DNA of 64,000 nucleotides from contig OX597822.1 in NCBI GenBank assembly GCA_951406725.2, positions 4,526,001 to 4,590,000 on the forward strand, written 5' to 3'. Both the position numbers and the translations under genes were made by a program. Shown here piece by piece: positions 36,977-51,686 of the stretch; positions within the stretch are counted from its first letter, which is position 1; every line of letters begins with the position of its first letter. The DNA comes from Octopus vulgaris. Its lineage: Eukaryota. The notes below the pieces were generated by a model. The model saw nothing but the letters and a program-made list of their open reading frames with translations, was not told the DNA's origin and ran no database searches.

Positions 36977-38907
36977 TTAATATGTTAGTAAAAATGTGTT
37001 TGGCTGATTTCTATGCGTTATAAGTGTATAAAAATTTGTCTTTCCCCAAGTGACAAGACTTGTTCCGCAATTAAACCACAAAACCAATGTTTGATTTGAA
37101 AAAAAAAAATGAAAAAAAAGTCGTCAGCAAAATACTTTCCAATCAGGATTTGATATTGATTTACACCAGAAAACTATTTAAGAATTATATTCAGTGTATA
37201 ATTTTAGAATTGATACATAAAAAGAAAAACAACAATAATAACAGGAATACTCGTTGTTGTCTGGTCAAACCTGATTAGTTTTGTTTGAAGTAATGGAATG
37301 CCAGCAGACTTAACAAACATTCCATCAATATTCAAACTGTAGTCATCATTCTGTCTTTAATCGCAACAGATTGTCCTGACATTAATTCTTAAAAACATAC
37401 GGTTTTTCAAAAAGGTAAAAAAAAAATAAAATGTTTAAAAAAAAAAGAGTAAAAAATGATAAAATGAATAGAAACAAAAGAGTTTAGTGCAATTATGTTA
37501 AATGCAAAGAGTAATGACTTGCAACGTAACAAGAGCTTTGTTTTTTCTGGGAAACATAATTCTAAACTTTATAATAACCAACAAAGTAACTTAAACACCA
37601 CCATTATCATTGTTTTGTGTCTGTTTTCCCTGACAGCATGGGTTTGATGTGTCATCACACACCAAGTCATTATTTGAAGTAACTACTCTTCTAAATGGGT
37701 GAAAAGGTGACGTTTCACTCATACATTTCAATCCTAGCTTTGTTCCAACAGTCACATGTCCTTTGTATCACCAGCCATTTTACAGTATTTTCGGTCCATT
37801 TTCAGTACTAGAACTAGAGAGATTCTATAATCTGCTCAGCAAGACTTAAGTGTTCTTCTTGGACCCTACATTGTCTCTACTCATTTGCCAATCACTTTAC
37901 ACGGCATACATGGTGCACTTAATCATGAATATTTATCTGAAATGGAAATAAGTATATCTGAAAAATAGAAATCTTAAAAATACATTTTCTTAAGAAACTG
38001 CTCAATTGCTAGTGTAAGAGTTTCATTGCCTGTTCTATAGTGCAGCTTCACTCTAAATATGACAAATAGTGAAATTTCCATACTAGTGAAAAATAAGAAA
38101 ATACAACAAAGGAATCAGCAATTATGGTAGGAATTTCATTAGCTTACATCTGTTTCTGCTATTTAAGATGCAATGCACTCATATGTGAATGCTTGAGCAT
38201 CACCCTATAGCTTCATCAGAGCTTCAAACATGAAGTGCAGGTTTCTCCTGAATTCATTCCCTTACATATGTTTATGCTTTTTCACTAGTTATATTTTTCT
38301 TTGTATATATATATAAATGTAAGCGTTTTCCCAAATAGAGCTGCACTTAATGCTTGAAGCTCTGACGAAGCCATAGAGTGACCCTCAAGCATTCAACTAT
38401 GAATGCATTGTATCTTATAACAGAAAAAGCTCATAACATAATCGTTTATTCTTTTGTCATTCTAATTTCTTATATAAACAAAATTGAACACACATACACA
38501 AGGTATATGTGTTGTTAATTCGTATGTTGGCTGCAGTTTTTAGACATAAGAGAATATATTCTCTATGTGCCTGGTCTAAAAATAATCACCTGAAAGTAAG
38601 TTATAGTCAAGTGAAACAACTCACATAGGTCCCTCCTTTGAGTGACAGACGTCGATGTTTTGTCACTTTTTTAACTTATCAATGCTGCATACCAAACAAG
38701 GCCCGCTGCAAGCTTTATCGCCAACAATGACTATATCTTGAATGGTTTAAGTGCCATTTTTTACACCTGGTGCATAGAGAATATCTTATCTTACACCTAA
38801 AAACTGCAGCCGGCCCACAAACTAACAACACACATACCTTATATATGTGTGTTCGATTTTGTTTATATAGCTCGAGTGGCTTCTAATTTATATTTGAATA
38901 TATATAT

Positions 38908-39250
38908 AGTGAAGCTGCATGGTTCAGTGGTTAGAGCGTTCAGCTTACGATCGTGAAGTTGTGAGTTCGAATCCCGGACCGGGCTGTATGTTGTGTTCTT
39001 GAGCAAGACACTTTATTTCACGTTGCTCCAGTTCACTCAGCTGTAGAAATGAGTTGTGACGTCACAGGTGCCAAGCTGTATCTGCCCCTTTTGCCTTTCC
39101 CTTAGATAACACTGGTGGCATGGAGAGGGGAGGCCAGTATGCATGGGCGACTGTTGGGCTTCCATAAACAATCTTGCCCAGACTTGTGCCTGGGAGGGTA
39201 ACTTTCTAGGTGCAATCCCATGGTCAGTCATGACCGAAGGGGGTCTCAGC
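38908..39250 (+). mobile_element. Full-length tRNA-derived SINE, family D
   Basis: TGGTTCAGTGGTTAGAGCG...GAGTTCGAATCCC head. Reverse-complement copy at 15928-16255; related heads at 3365-3505 and 3765-4022; tail fragment at 16788-16868. Confidence 0.85.
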
Positions 39251-39251
39251 A

Positions 39252-39297
<46 letters not shown>

Positions 39298-39699
39298 CAT
39301 ACATATATGTATACATACACACACACACACAAATCTCTAAGAAAAAGGCCTTTGAACTTTTCAACACAGAGGCTATATTGTATATTTTACAGTTAGGTGA
39401 ATAAAAAAGTTCAATTTACTGGGTACAGAATAAGGTACGTATGCACCAATTCCTGTAAAAATAGCATCACTTAATTTTGAAAATACAAATATACTGCAAA
39501 TCAAATGTTAATTATTTCCATTTATTTAATCACTTATGATTCAAATTATATGAATAGAAATATTAATTTTGTTTTTTACTCTTTTAAACAATTAGAGTTT
39601 AAATATGAAAATTTCTATAATTAACTAAACCATTTCTATAAAAATTATTTATTTTTATACTGTTTATAAAAATACTGTTTTCAATATATTTCTGAAAGA

Positions 39700-41330
39700 T
39701 GAAATGAAAATGCAAATCATAATTAATGGGAATTATGAAACTGATTGTTAATTACAAAATGTCATTAATTTCAGGTTTCAGTTGCACAGATGCAATTATT
39801 AAATTAACTATAAATGGTCATCAGAGAAATTTGTTCTGTAGTATGATTTGACATGTGTCATTTCTGGAAAAGTTGCCTCACATGAGTACAAGCTACCAAA
39901 AACTGATATGAAAATACAGGAAAAGTTCTTATAATGAGAAACCCTTCATTTGGCAAAATCTTACAAAAGTTGATTAAATTTTCTTCTTTGTCTTTCAGTA
40001 TCGTTTGATTAGATGTCTATCATTTCCATTTGTAACTCCTTGGGGAATTCTTCAATGTTGAATTTAAATTGATTCTGGAATAAACCAATTTCTTTCACTT
40101 TTGCTTCAAGAATGAGAAAGCAGGATTTAAACATTTTGTAATTTAAAAATGATTTCTTTTGAAAATGAAGTAAAATTTGTTCCATTTTCTTAAAGTTTCC
40201 CATAACAGGAAATTGGCCAAATTTCACTTGGATTTTAAGTAGCAAAAGTTTTACCCTGAATGTTATGAAAATGTAAATAGATCATTGATTTACACAGCCT
40301 AACAAATCCATAAAAATTGTAGTATTAACAGCTAATCATGATCTGACAATAGTGGTTTTAATCAATTCTTCTAAACATTTCTAGAATAATTTTTATTTTA
40401 TAGCACCATCACACAACTATGCAATGCAAATCATAAAACTCAAGATGGAAATCCTGCAGAAAACCACAAAGCTGTCGACAAGCAAGTCCAGGAAACCAAA
40501 TGAAACTCAGCTGAGATATTCACTGCATAATGCTTGTTCATAATACAATGAAGAACCAAAAGCTATAAACATCCAAGTTTTGTAATTTGTCCTTTCAACC
40601 TTTTACTTATCCCACCCATATTTCTTTCTCCATTGACTGCTACACTCCAAAACTTTCCATTCAGTTTAATCTGGTAATCTTTTGTATTTCTTTGAAGCTA
40701 TTTCTCTAATAGTTGTTCTGTTCATACTAAGTACATGTATTAATTCTTGTGTTACATTCAATTCAAAATTGGTGCAACAAATGAAAAGTAGGAGCTGCAG
40801 TGTCTCAGAAACATTGGTTGACACATCAGGATGAGAGGAACGCCAATGAAAACTTTTACCTATGTCAGTCACTTCAAAAACTATATTACCTCTCATATTT
40901 AGAATTCTAATAATTTTTGCATCCAGACTTTACTGGATTCATTTATTGCTCTACTCCCATCAAATATTCTTTTATAAAATTTCTATCAGTAAATTGCTTT
41001 CTTTGTTTAGCAAACAAATTTTCTACATTTTTACAAGCTTCAGTGAAAACATCATTTTAAATTTTATTTTACCTTAAAAAGTGACTGCTGAGAATGCAAA
41101 ATGCATTGCCTTAATTCAGTAATCCAAACTTTTCTGGATGTAAAACACAAGTGGTTTCTGAATGGCTTCATCAATGTTTGGTGTAAATTGAACAAAGCAG
41201 TCCTAGATTCAGTAATATTGGTTAACTCTTCCTTGGCTGTGTCTATTGAAAATAATCAAGAATCTGAAGGGATCCAATAAAATAACTTCTCCATTAATAA
41301 ATAGGTATTTGAAAACTAATGTAACAAAAA
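39700..41330 (-). mobile_element. Decayed hAT (SPIN/Charlie/GTF2IRD2-like) transposase
   Basis: LFQNQFKFNIEEFPKELQMEMIDI*SNDT resembles the hAT C-terminal dimerisation region. Fragmentary upstream ORFs lie on the same strand. TIRs not identified. Confidence 0.6.
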
Positions 41331-42129
41331 GTTCTCATATAAAATTATCATGAATGGTTTTAATCTATAAATATGTGTGTACACACATCTGTGTATAGAT
41401 ATGTGTGTACACACATCTGTATATAGATATGTGTGCTTTTTTTTCATGTTTGTAATCCACAAACGTTGCTCACTGTGAATAGTGTTGTTGTCATTGTTTC
41501 TCTTGTCAACAAACTGCTCACTCTCCTTACACTCTCGAAGATGTGTGAAACAAGAGATCTCTTGAAAACAAGGGTTAGCAACAGGAAGGACAACTGGCTG
41601 GAAAACAATGCAGCAATAATATATTTATTTAACTCATGCAAAACTAAAACAAATATTTTAAAATGGATGAGAGGTGGTTTCATCTAAGTTGGCATCAAAA
41701 ATGTTGAAGTTAATAATTTAATGAACTTTCAATTTCTAAAGCAATTACTGATCAAGACATTCCTTTTGAGCAACCAACCAAGAATAGAAATGGTCTCTTT
41801 CATGGGCTTCATTATAGTTTCCATCTAGTAAATTTAACTGATCAACCCCAAACTATAGTACACAACACTTGTCCAAAGCGTTGTGCCTTGGGCAGAATTT
41901 GAAAACAATGTTGTTGCAAAGTGAACATCTTAATCACTCAGAGATGCTTGCTCCTGTGTCCTCTTTGGATTAACCTATTGTAGTTGACTTCATTTTGAAG
42001 GTTCTTGCACCTGTTCCAAACGTGTTTGTCAACTGAGAGATTTGCAATTCTTTTACATGGTAAACATATCTTTTGTAGAAAGGAAATATAGCTACTATGT
42101 TACTTTGAGAAAGTTTTTTCTTTTTTTCT

Positions 42130-42470
42130 CAGGAGGGAACCTGTGGAAGAGGTAGGCCCAGGAAGACATGGGATGAGGTGGTGAAGTATGATCTTTGGAT
42201 GTTGAGTCTCACGGAGGCAATGGCAAGTGATTGAGACCTCTGGTGATTTGCTGTGCTTGAGAAGACGTCAGACGAAGTGAAATCATAGTCATGACCAATG
42301 CTGGTGACATGTAAAAGGCACCCACTACACTCTTGGAATGTTTGGTGTTAGGAAGGGTATCCAGCTGTAAGAAAAAGGCCAACCCAGACTGGAGCCTGGT
42401 AGAGCTCTCTGGCTTACCAGTTCCAGTCAAACTAACTGATGCCAGCATGGAAAACTGATGTTAAATGATG
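42130..42470 (+). mobile_element. RTE LINE 3' end (ORF C-terminus and tail)
   Basis: EGTCGRGRPRKTWDEVVKYDL...D.DLW, followed by the same 3' tail as the (CAT)n elements. Confidence 0.8.
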
Positions 42471-43892
42471 TCAAGAGAGGACAGTGTCCATTACTTATTA
42501 CGGAGTCTCTGAGATTTGTGGAAGGAGGTATCCTCAAACTAAAAACCTCGCTTGGATACTTGCAACAGAGGGAATTTCCCTAAAAGCATCCAAGATGTCT
42601 GGGGATAGTGCTAATTTGACTGACAGATTACATCTATCAATTATGGTTAAGTTCATCTCCAAGGTTGTTCCCGATTGGGAAACCTAATCTGTTGCTTGCT
42701 TTAACACCACCATCTCTTTCTTGTGAGCCTTAACAGTGCCCTGCCATCTCTAAGCCATAAAAAATATTAAGAAAAGTCATCCTGGCCATGATTATCCAGT
42801 ATTTTTTGTAAGAAAAAGTGTACCCAACACTACATTATCCAATGCTTCTTTCTTAGCTGCTATTTTTACTTAGTTGAGAAACAACATAAAACTTTGTATT
42901 TATTGTTATACTGTCATGTATTCACGCATTGCCATAGTCTTTGTGTTGTATCATTTTTATTTGACTCAATCTTCTTAGCTGATGGCAGGACTATAAGTAT
43001 ATCACAGGTGAGTGACTAGTGAAAGTATATTCATATTCTGAATATCATAAAACAAAGAAGCAAGCTTTTAACCAGCAAAAATCATAAGGTAAGATTCACT
43101 TTCTACTTGAAGCCAATTTGCTTTATGTACACTCATAAAAAATCCTAAATTATAACCGCATCCCTTAATACATGGTCTTGTTCTGAGGTGATAGAACCAG
43201 AGCACCTAACTTACCTAAATTAGTTTTGATCTTCTAAGCTCAGCTCTTCCTGAGGTGAGCTTTATCTGTCATCCTCTCGGGATAAATAAAATGAAGACTA
43301 AAATGTACCAAGAGTGGGTAGGTAACTCCAGTTAACCGTCCTTTCTTCTTCGCAGTTATTTCTTCGTGATACTGTGAGAAGTTATTACCTCAGGATTTTT
43401 GAATGTATATTGCCCCACCTGGACAATTACATCTCTCACTTCTCACTCTCTTTCATGCCATTTAGAGTTTCAAAGTAACTGTATATTGTAGCTGTAAAAA
43501 CATTTTTTAAGAAGAGACGTGGAATATACCAAATGAATTCATTAAGAATGGTGCTTACCTGTAAAAGAAACAATTCACACCATAATTTATAATGCAAATA
43601 TCCAACTTCTTTCTATGGATATTAAGAGCTGAAATTGGATCAAAAATGTTTTTCAGAAAGATCAAATTAAAATTTAAAAAAATGTAAAACAAATGAAAGA
43701 AAAAAATGTAATTTTTGGTGGGGGATAGTTTTTTTAAAATTTATTTATTATAATCATTAATGTTATCATCCAACAATCAACATGTATTCCAGAATAAAGA
43801 AAACCCAAAAGAAACCAACATATATATACATATATATATATATATACATACATATACATACATATATATACATATATATATATAAATATAAG

Positions 43893-43932
<40 letters not shown>

Positions 43933-44548
43933 TGTATGTAAATAAAAAATTCAAGAACTTCACTTGTTCTGTAATAATGTCTGTTGAATTTACAGTAATT
44001 TGGTTCCCCTCACTTGGACACACAGACTGGCACACAAACTCACACACTCACATGCATCCGTACATGCTTTCACATACGTACTTAACAAACATACTCATTC
44101 TAAAAGAAGAAACGAGAGAAAATTCTCAAAATAATATTAATAGTAATAATAATGATAATAATGATTGTTCATTTTGTGGGTTTTTTTTTTTGCATAGGCA
44201 TGATGCCTCAGAGTTATAAAGAGGAGGGTGGAAATGAGAAGTTTTGAAGTTCATGCCTTTCTCAAGAGCATTAGCAAAGTGGAACAGGATTCAACTGGGT
44301 ATAAATTGTACAACTTCAACATCATGCCCCACTTTCCAAAATAATAACAACAATAATGGTAATTGTTATAACAATAACAACAACATAAAAAGGATAAACA
44401 AATTTATTCATACACACACTCATATATTATATACACATATGTGTGTATGCATCTGTATATTCATACATACATGCATATACATATATATATTTATATATAT
44501 GTGCATATATATACTTCCATACATATATACACACACACACATACATAT

Positions 44549-44591
<43 letters not shown>

Positions 44592-44679
44592 CCAAGCTAG
44601 CTTGGCCAGTCACTTATGGTCACAGAGTGTTGTTTCCACTCTGAGTGATTAATCTTGAAGTCAAGTGGACTAGCCATCA

Positions 44680-44941
<262 letters not shown>

Positions 44942-45314
44942 CACACACATTGAAGACATGATTATATTTGTGTTTCATCAACAGATGAATGCAGCACACA
45001 TGAAATAAACTATGAAAGTAACCAGGAGTAAACTCTTACATAATTTAAAACTGTTAATGATGATGATTTTATCAGTTACAACTTTATTCCCATGATCCTT
45101 TGCTGCCTACTACAAAACACAGCAACAGTGTGCCCAGATCATTATTTCAGTTAGATGAACAGGCAGAGAAGGTCTTGAAATGTTCATGGACGAAAGGAAA
45201 TGTGTTTTTTAAACAAAGTATAAAGAAATAAGGAGGATATTGGGAAAATGTTTTTAAAAAAATGAAAGAACACAGTCATGTCTTCAATATAACATGTTCA
45301 GAAGAAAAGCTGCT

Positions 45315-45368
<54 letters not shown>

Positions 45369-45666
45369 CCCCTGTTTTTCTTTAAATGTGTGTGTAGATA
45401 TATAAGCCAGCTTAAGTATATTTCCATGGTAATTTAGATGGGAGGAATTAAAAAAAGACACAAACATGGCTGATGTGAAACTGATTGATGTGCTGCCTAC
45501 TATGTTACCAAAACTTGACAGACTACAGACATGGTTGTTTGTAGAATGATGGGCCTGCTCTGGGCTGTTCCTTGGCTGGAAGGAAGGGTGGGTCGTTTTT
45601 GAAAAAAGGGTCCTGTATATACATGCATGCATACATACATACATACATATATATATATATACATAC

Positions 45667-45824
<158 letters not shown>

Positions 45825-46704
45825 AGTTGTGAAAGAATAAGGGAGAAATATGTCCAAATGAAAGGATGTAGTTAAATATACATATGAAGAAAGTGGGGAA
45901 ACATGAGTAGGGCAGTGATGTATATGAATTGTGATATTGTGTTCCAGATGTTTCTCAATTGAGAAGATAGAGGAGAAGAGACAAGAAACCTTACATTCTA
46001 TAAAGCTGTACAAATTAGCATGCTTAATTGAACTATATATATAAAATGTTGTGTGAGTTTATTGATTTGCACTGTGATCTGTCTTTGTTGCATACCAATA
46101 ATAATAATAATAATAATGATATCCATCATTTTATTTCTGTCTCTGCTTCTCTGTAGATAATTGTTGATAAGAAATGATAATTGTTGTGGAGAAAAAACAC
46201 AAATATATATATATACATATATATACATATATATATATATATACTAGGACAATCACAAAGATGATGACGATTTTTGTGGTGGAGATGGAGGTTATAGTAG
46301 TTGTAATTGTGATAAAGGAGTCATGAATGAGTGAAGGTGGGGGAGTGCCAGGAAAGGTGAAAGTGAGAACCTGATAACAACTACAACACCACCAATTAGA
46401 AAAACTATAACATTACCAATGGCAACGGAGAAAGGATGATGATGGTCGTTTAATTAAGGGGACAGTAGGGTAAGAAAAAGTTAAATTGTGTGTGTATGAG
46501 GATTAGGTAAAAAATAAAGTTAGCTTTCCCTTGTTTAATACTAGTTAATTGTACATAGAGATATAGACCAATGCTCCTATACTCATATATACACACAGCT
46601 ATGCATGTATGTATAGATACACAAACACACACATCTATGTATAGATACACCATACATATATATTTTACTTACTCAGTCATTGGACTGTGGTAAACTAGAT
46701 CACC

Positions 46705-46756
<52 letters not shown>

Positions 46757-46937
46757 TTAGCTGAGTTAGAGATTAAAATAACCATCTAAGGGATAGAAGT
46801 ATCCATTATACTACCAGTATATTACCTATGTTTAACCATAGGCATACACATGCAAGCATATTATGCTCATAAATTATAGGTAAAGCGAATGATAAACAGG
46901 AATTTATCAAGAATCTAAATTTAAAGAGAATGGAAGA

Positions 46938-47037
46938 TGGAGAAATATTGAACAACAATTGACTTACATCAATTATTATTTATTGAATTAATAAATAATA
47001 ATTGATGTAAGTCAATTGTTGTTCAATATTTCTCCAT
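46938..47037. repeat. Perfect inverted repeat with about 48-bp arms and a 5-nt loop
   Basis: atggagaaatattgaacaacaattgacttacatcaattattatttatt-gaatt-aataaataataattgatgtaagtcaattgttgttcaatatttctccat. Confidence 0.9.
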
Positions 47038-47043
47038 TTCCTG

Positions 47044-47085
<42 letters not shown>

Positions 47086-47523
47086 AATAGACACAGATAA
47101 ATATATATACCCACATATATCTATGTATGTGTGCATACGTATTTCTACATGTGCACTTGGCCAATGTTAATGTAGTTAACTTTGTGTGGTATATTTTTCA
47201 TGATGGGAATACAACTGTAACTTTCTTTTAGATAATTTCTGTTGAACAATCTTCTATAGATGTGGTTAATGGAGATATGCTTATCTATCAGGTTTAGCAA
47301 ATTTCCGGCAATATTCAACTTAACATTTAAGGGGAAATGTGAGTGATCCAGAGATTATATGGCCTGTTCTTAGTATTAGGGGTTGGTGTGGAAATTGGGG
47401 CTACCTTGTCTAAGATCTTGTAGTCAGATGAGCATTTAGAAATTTTCCTCATAATGTTACTAAGATTTTTGAAAACTTGGGGAATGGGTGGGAGGAGATG
47501 GTCTTAAATTTTGTATACATAAT

Positions 47524-47568
<45 letters not shown>

Positions 47569-47662
47569 CATAACTACACGTACATACACAAATATGTCTG
47601 AGTATATGAATCACAGATATCAGTTTAAAAACATCTTATTTATATGGACTGTACACCTCTAT

Positions 47663-47724
<62 letters not shown>

Positions 47725-48469
47725 ATATAAATAGCATGCATGCAATATATATTATGGATATAATATAAACTCTCTGTAGCTGATTTCTTTGGCTAGTCTT
47801 CATCCTGTTGGTCACTCAAGGGCATGTTCATAGATCTCTGACATAAGGTTTGTTCTTCTTACAAGAGTTACAAATCAAGTAGACCACTAGTGTTGCAGAG
47901 AAACAGCACACTGTACCTTACATCTAATTCTTTTTCCCTTATAGCAATCTCATATATATATATATATAGGTTGAGTCAGTCTCTTGCTACTCTGGAGTTT
48001 CACTTGTGTTCACAGACTCATCAGGCAAGATATGACTTGCAAGCCTGTGAACACATGGGCAAAATTCCAGAATAGCAAAAGACTGATTCAACCAAAATAA
48101 AAATGTTATTAACCTTGGTTATAGTACTAAGTATTCTATTTTCTGACAGTCCATGTTAAACAAACATAATATATTCTACTACATGTAGAGGGTAATTTGT
48201 TTTTCTTTTGCTTGTAAATTCAGAAGTGGATGCACAAATATATATGTATAGGTGCCACCCACACCCATTTGTGCAAACAGTAAGATGAACCTTCAAACAC
48301 ACACAAGCTATATTATATAATATACACATTATAACTGATGAAAAGTAGAATGGTCGATAATACAGGCCTAAATGCTATGTCAAGGAGTCATAAACAAGTA
48401 AGTAAAAAGTCACATGGTGATAAGATGGAGTGGTGGTGGTGGTGGTGATGGTCATTAAAATTTTAATTA

Positions 48470-49418
48470 ACAAAAAACCATTAAAAAATATACAAACACA
48501 ACTCCTTTTTTTTTACTGCATCTTTTTTTTTCTCCTTTGTTTCATTTATACAATTTGTCTAGATATCCCAGCATTGTTGTCAAGAATGGGTTTGATAGCC
48601 CTATAAATATTGAGATATTTAACACACAATTTTATACATTGCCCATAATTTTATAATTTTCAATAAACACTTGCCACCAGAAAGTTCAGTAATATTTGAT
48701 ATTTATTTATTTTGTTCTGTTTTTTTTTGTCAAATTTCTAAATAATGTCTTTTTTTGTAAATTTTTCCTTTTTTATTAATAAAAAATGAGAGATACCATG
48801 GAAAAAAACAAACAAACAAAAAACCCAAAAACACACACAAAAAAAAACTCTGTCCCAGTATCTTCAGGATTGTGTTGTGTTGTATTAAAAGCAAATTGTT
48901 TTAGATAATTCCTTAATTTGTTGTTCTTTAATATTGAAGACTTGCTGTCTCTGTTTCAGTAGATTCTTGTCAATTCTGTATCTGCCAATATTAAAACAAA
49001 GGATGTGCTGATGGTGGAAGTGGAGGTACTAGTAATAGTAGAAGTAGTTCCTTTTGTAGCTGTAGTTTTCGAAAGTAAACGTTTTGGTTGATCTTTGCAT
49101 TACTTTTGTCTCTTCCAAGAGTAATAAGGAAAGAAGGATATACACAGTGGTAATAGACAATATAGTTATTGTTGTTATCGTTATTGGTTCTTGCCTTTGT
49201 TGGATGTGTTGTCATAGTTGCACAGTTAGATTGAAATGTTAAAAAAGTTGTTGGCAATTAAAGATGACACTGCAAATGTTTACACACGCAGACAAATACA
49301 TCCATACACACAAACACACAATCAGAACATTTGTCTGCCTTAATACACATTAGTTTTGCTTTCCATAAGTAGATTATTTAATGTTTTTTTATATTTTTCT
49401 CTCTCAGTTTGTACATGA

Positions 49419-49460
<42 letters not shown>

Positions 49461-51686
49461 GCACACACACACATATACATACACACAAACACAATATATA
49501 TATGACAGATATGCACACAGACCCATCTATGTATGTACATAGGCATGCATGTTTGTATGTACGAATGAATGGATGACTGTGTCCAAGACACAATAGTTTA
49601 ACATCTCATGTGACTTTTAGTTCAGTTTTAATGAATTTACAATTTTAGTTTGTGACTGTTTTTAATCACTATCATCATCATCGTCATCATCATCAACATT
49701 ATTATTATTATTATTATTTGAAATTTATTTTTTTCCTTGATTCTCCATAATATGTAGGCTGTAACCCATCCATTGTATTTCCATCCAAGCAAGGATGTTT
49801 AATGTCTTTTACAAACCTATTATGCAAACAATTTTTCTCTCTCTTTCTCATTCATTCACATTCTCACTCTCCTTTACCTGTTATGACATCAAAGTCAACA
49901 CATCCATTTATCAGACATAGTAGAATAACAAATTTACATAATTTATACACCAAGAAACACTAATCTTCAGTCTAGTCTATACTAATCAAATGTTATTATT
50001 CATAGACTCACATGGTTAAACAGAACATCTTTCTCCCCGTCTCCTGTCTACTTTCGCTTCCAAACCACTCATGTAACGACATCGCTTTCCGTTCGTAATC
50101 CTTTCTTTTACTTGTATTCCTTATCTCCAGTAAACTTTGTTATGTCTATGACTATGCCTCTTTCCATGTTAGTTTTCTTTAGTCCTTTCTCTTACTGGTA
50201 CCGTGAATCCATTTTCTTTAAAGTCCAACTCTTGCTGCCGTGTTCTGTTTCTTGTCATTTCAGCCCTCCATTACCTGATACATGTAATGAGCTCTCCTCT
50301 CTCAATTCCGTCCCCAGCCCCCAACAACTGCTTCTCAGTCTTACTCTCTCTCCCTGTCTTAGTTCTCACTCTCTATTATGTCTTATGCTCTTTTTGCCAT
50401 TCCTTTCATTGCAACTCACAACTCTCTCTCTCTCTCTCTCTCCCTTTCTTGTCAGTACTCCTCATCACTGCTAACAAACTCTTCCACTCACTGAAAGGTC
50501 CTCTGAGTACCCAACCCAGCCAAGAAGGGCTAGCAGTCTCTGGAAATACTTACTTTCAAGCTAAGAGTGACTAAAGATAAAAAAAAAAGTCATGGAACAT
50601 TCCTTTCTTCTCAGACTAATAACCAAAGCACACACACATGTGCACAAACACTCACTTATTTGTATTCCATCTACACTGATACTCCTTTCTTTCACACATA
50701 CTTGCAAATACTCATCACTAAGAAATATGTGTGTGTGTGTGTGTGTGTATGTGTGTGTGTGTATGTATATACACTTACATGTGTATATAGATTCACTTGA
50801 TCTTTCATTCTGAAGTGGATCTCTAGCTAATTTTTCTTTCTCACCCTCAACTGCCACCTAAAACCATTCTTGCTCACACATATTTCTCCACTTTCCCCTT
50901 CTCTCATTCTTCCATCATCTAAATATCTAAAACTTTTTACAATTTAAAAAAGTGTTTTTTTTTTTACTTATATTTATTTTTTGTAAATGATTTTTAAAAC
51001 AATTTTGTAATTTTTTTCCTTTTATTTTTTTTTTGTCTTTTTAAATTTATTAATCTGTCTTTTTTTTTTCATTTTAGATTTTGGAAATTTTTTTGAAAGT
51101 TTTTTTAAAATTTTTTTTGAAATTATTTGGGGATGTATATACCAAAAAATGTTTATCCAGGAAAAATAATCAGAAAATATGTCTTCGATGTAGCAAATCA
51201 CTGTTGTATATAGCTTTACAATGTGTGTGTGTGTAAAAATACCAGATGCCAATAGTGCTGTTATTTATGTTGGTCTCATTAAAAAAAAGTACCAGACAAA
51301 AAAAAAAAAGATAAAGAATAACCAAACAAAAACCAAGAAAAAAGAAGACAAAACTAGTAGATAATTGAAAGAGAAAATAATTTTAAAAATTAAAAAAGAG
51401 AAAAAACAAACAAAAACCAAACAAATGAAACTAAAGTAGAAACAAAAAAGGGGAAAGTTTTTAAAATTTTAAGTAAGAATAAAACAGAAAATTTTTTTCA
51501 AGAAGAATTCAATAGAAAATTGAAAATATAAGAAATGAAATAAAAAGGTTTAGTCAAAAATCAAATTAAAAGAAATGTAAAAAAACATATTTAAGAAAAA
51601 TAAAAACAATAATGGTGGAAGAAATGAGAAGTGAGAAAGATGAATGGTCTGTTGACGTCAACAATGGAAATGACGATAACAAGAGG
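48470..51686 (-). other. Probable long 3' UTR of the GCPII-like gene
   Basis: About 3 kb immediately after the stop, free of SINEs and rich in homopolymers, unlike the flanks. Minus-strand AATAAA near 48772. The true end is unknown. Confidence 0.4.

Noticed and set aside
48470-51686. Iron-responsive elements in the 3' UTR of the TfR-related gene
   Set aside because: I checked minus-strand CAGTGN loops near 49267, 50466, 50489, 50673 and 51199; none has the required 5-bp upper stem with a bulged C.
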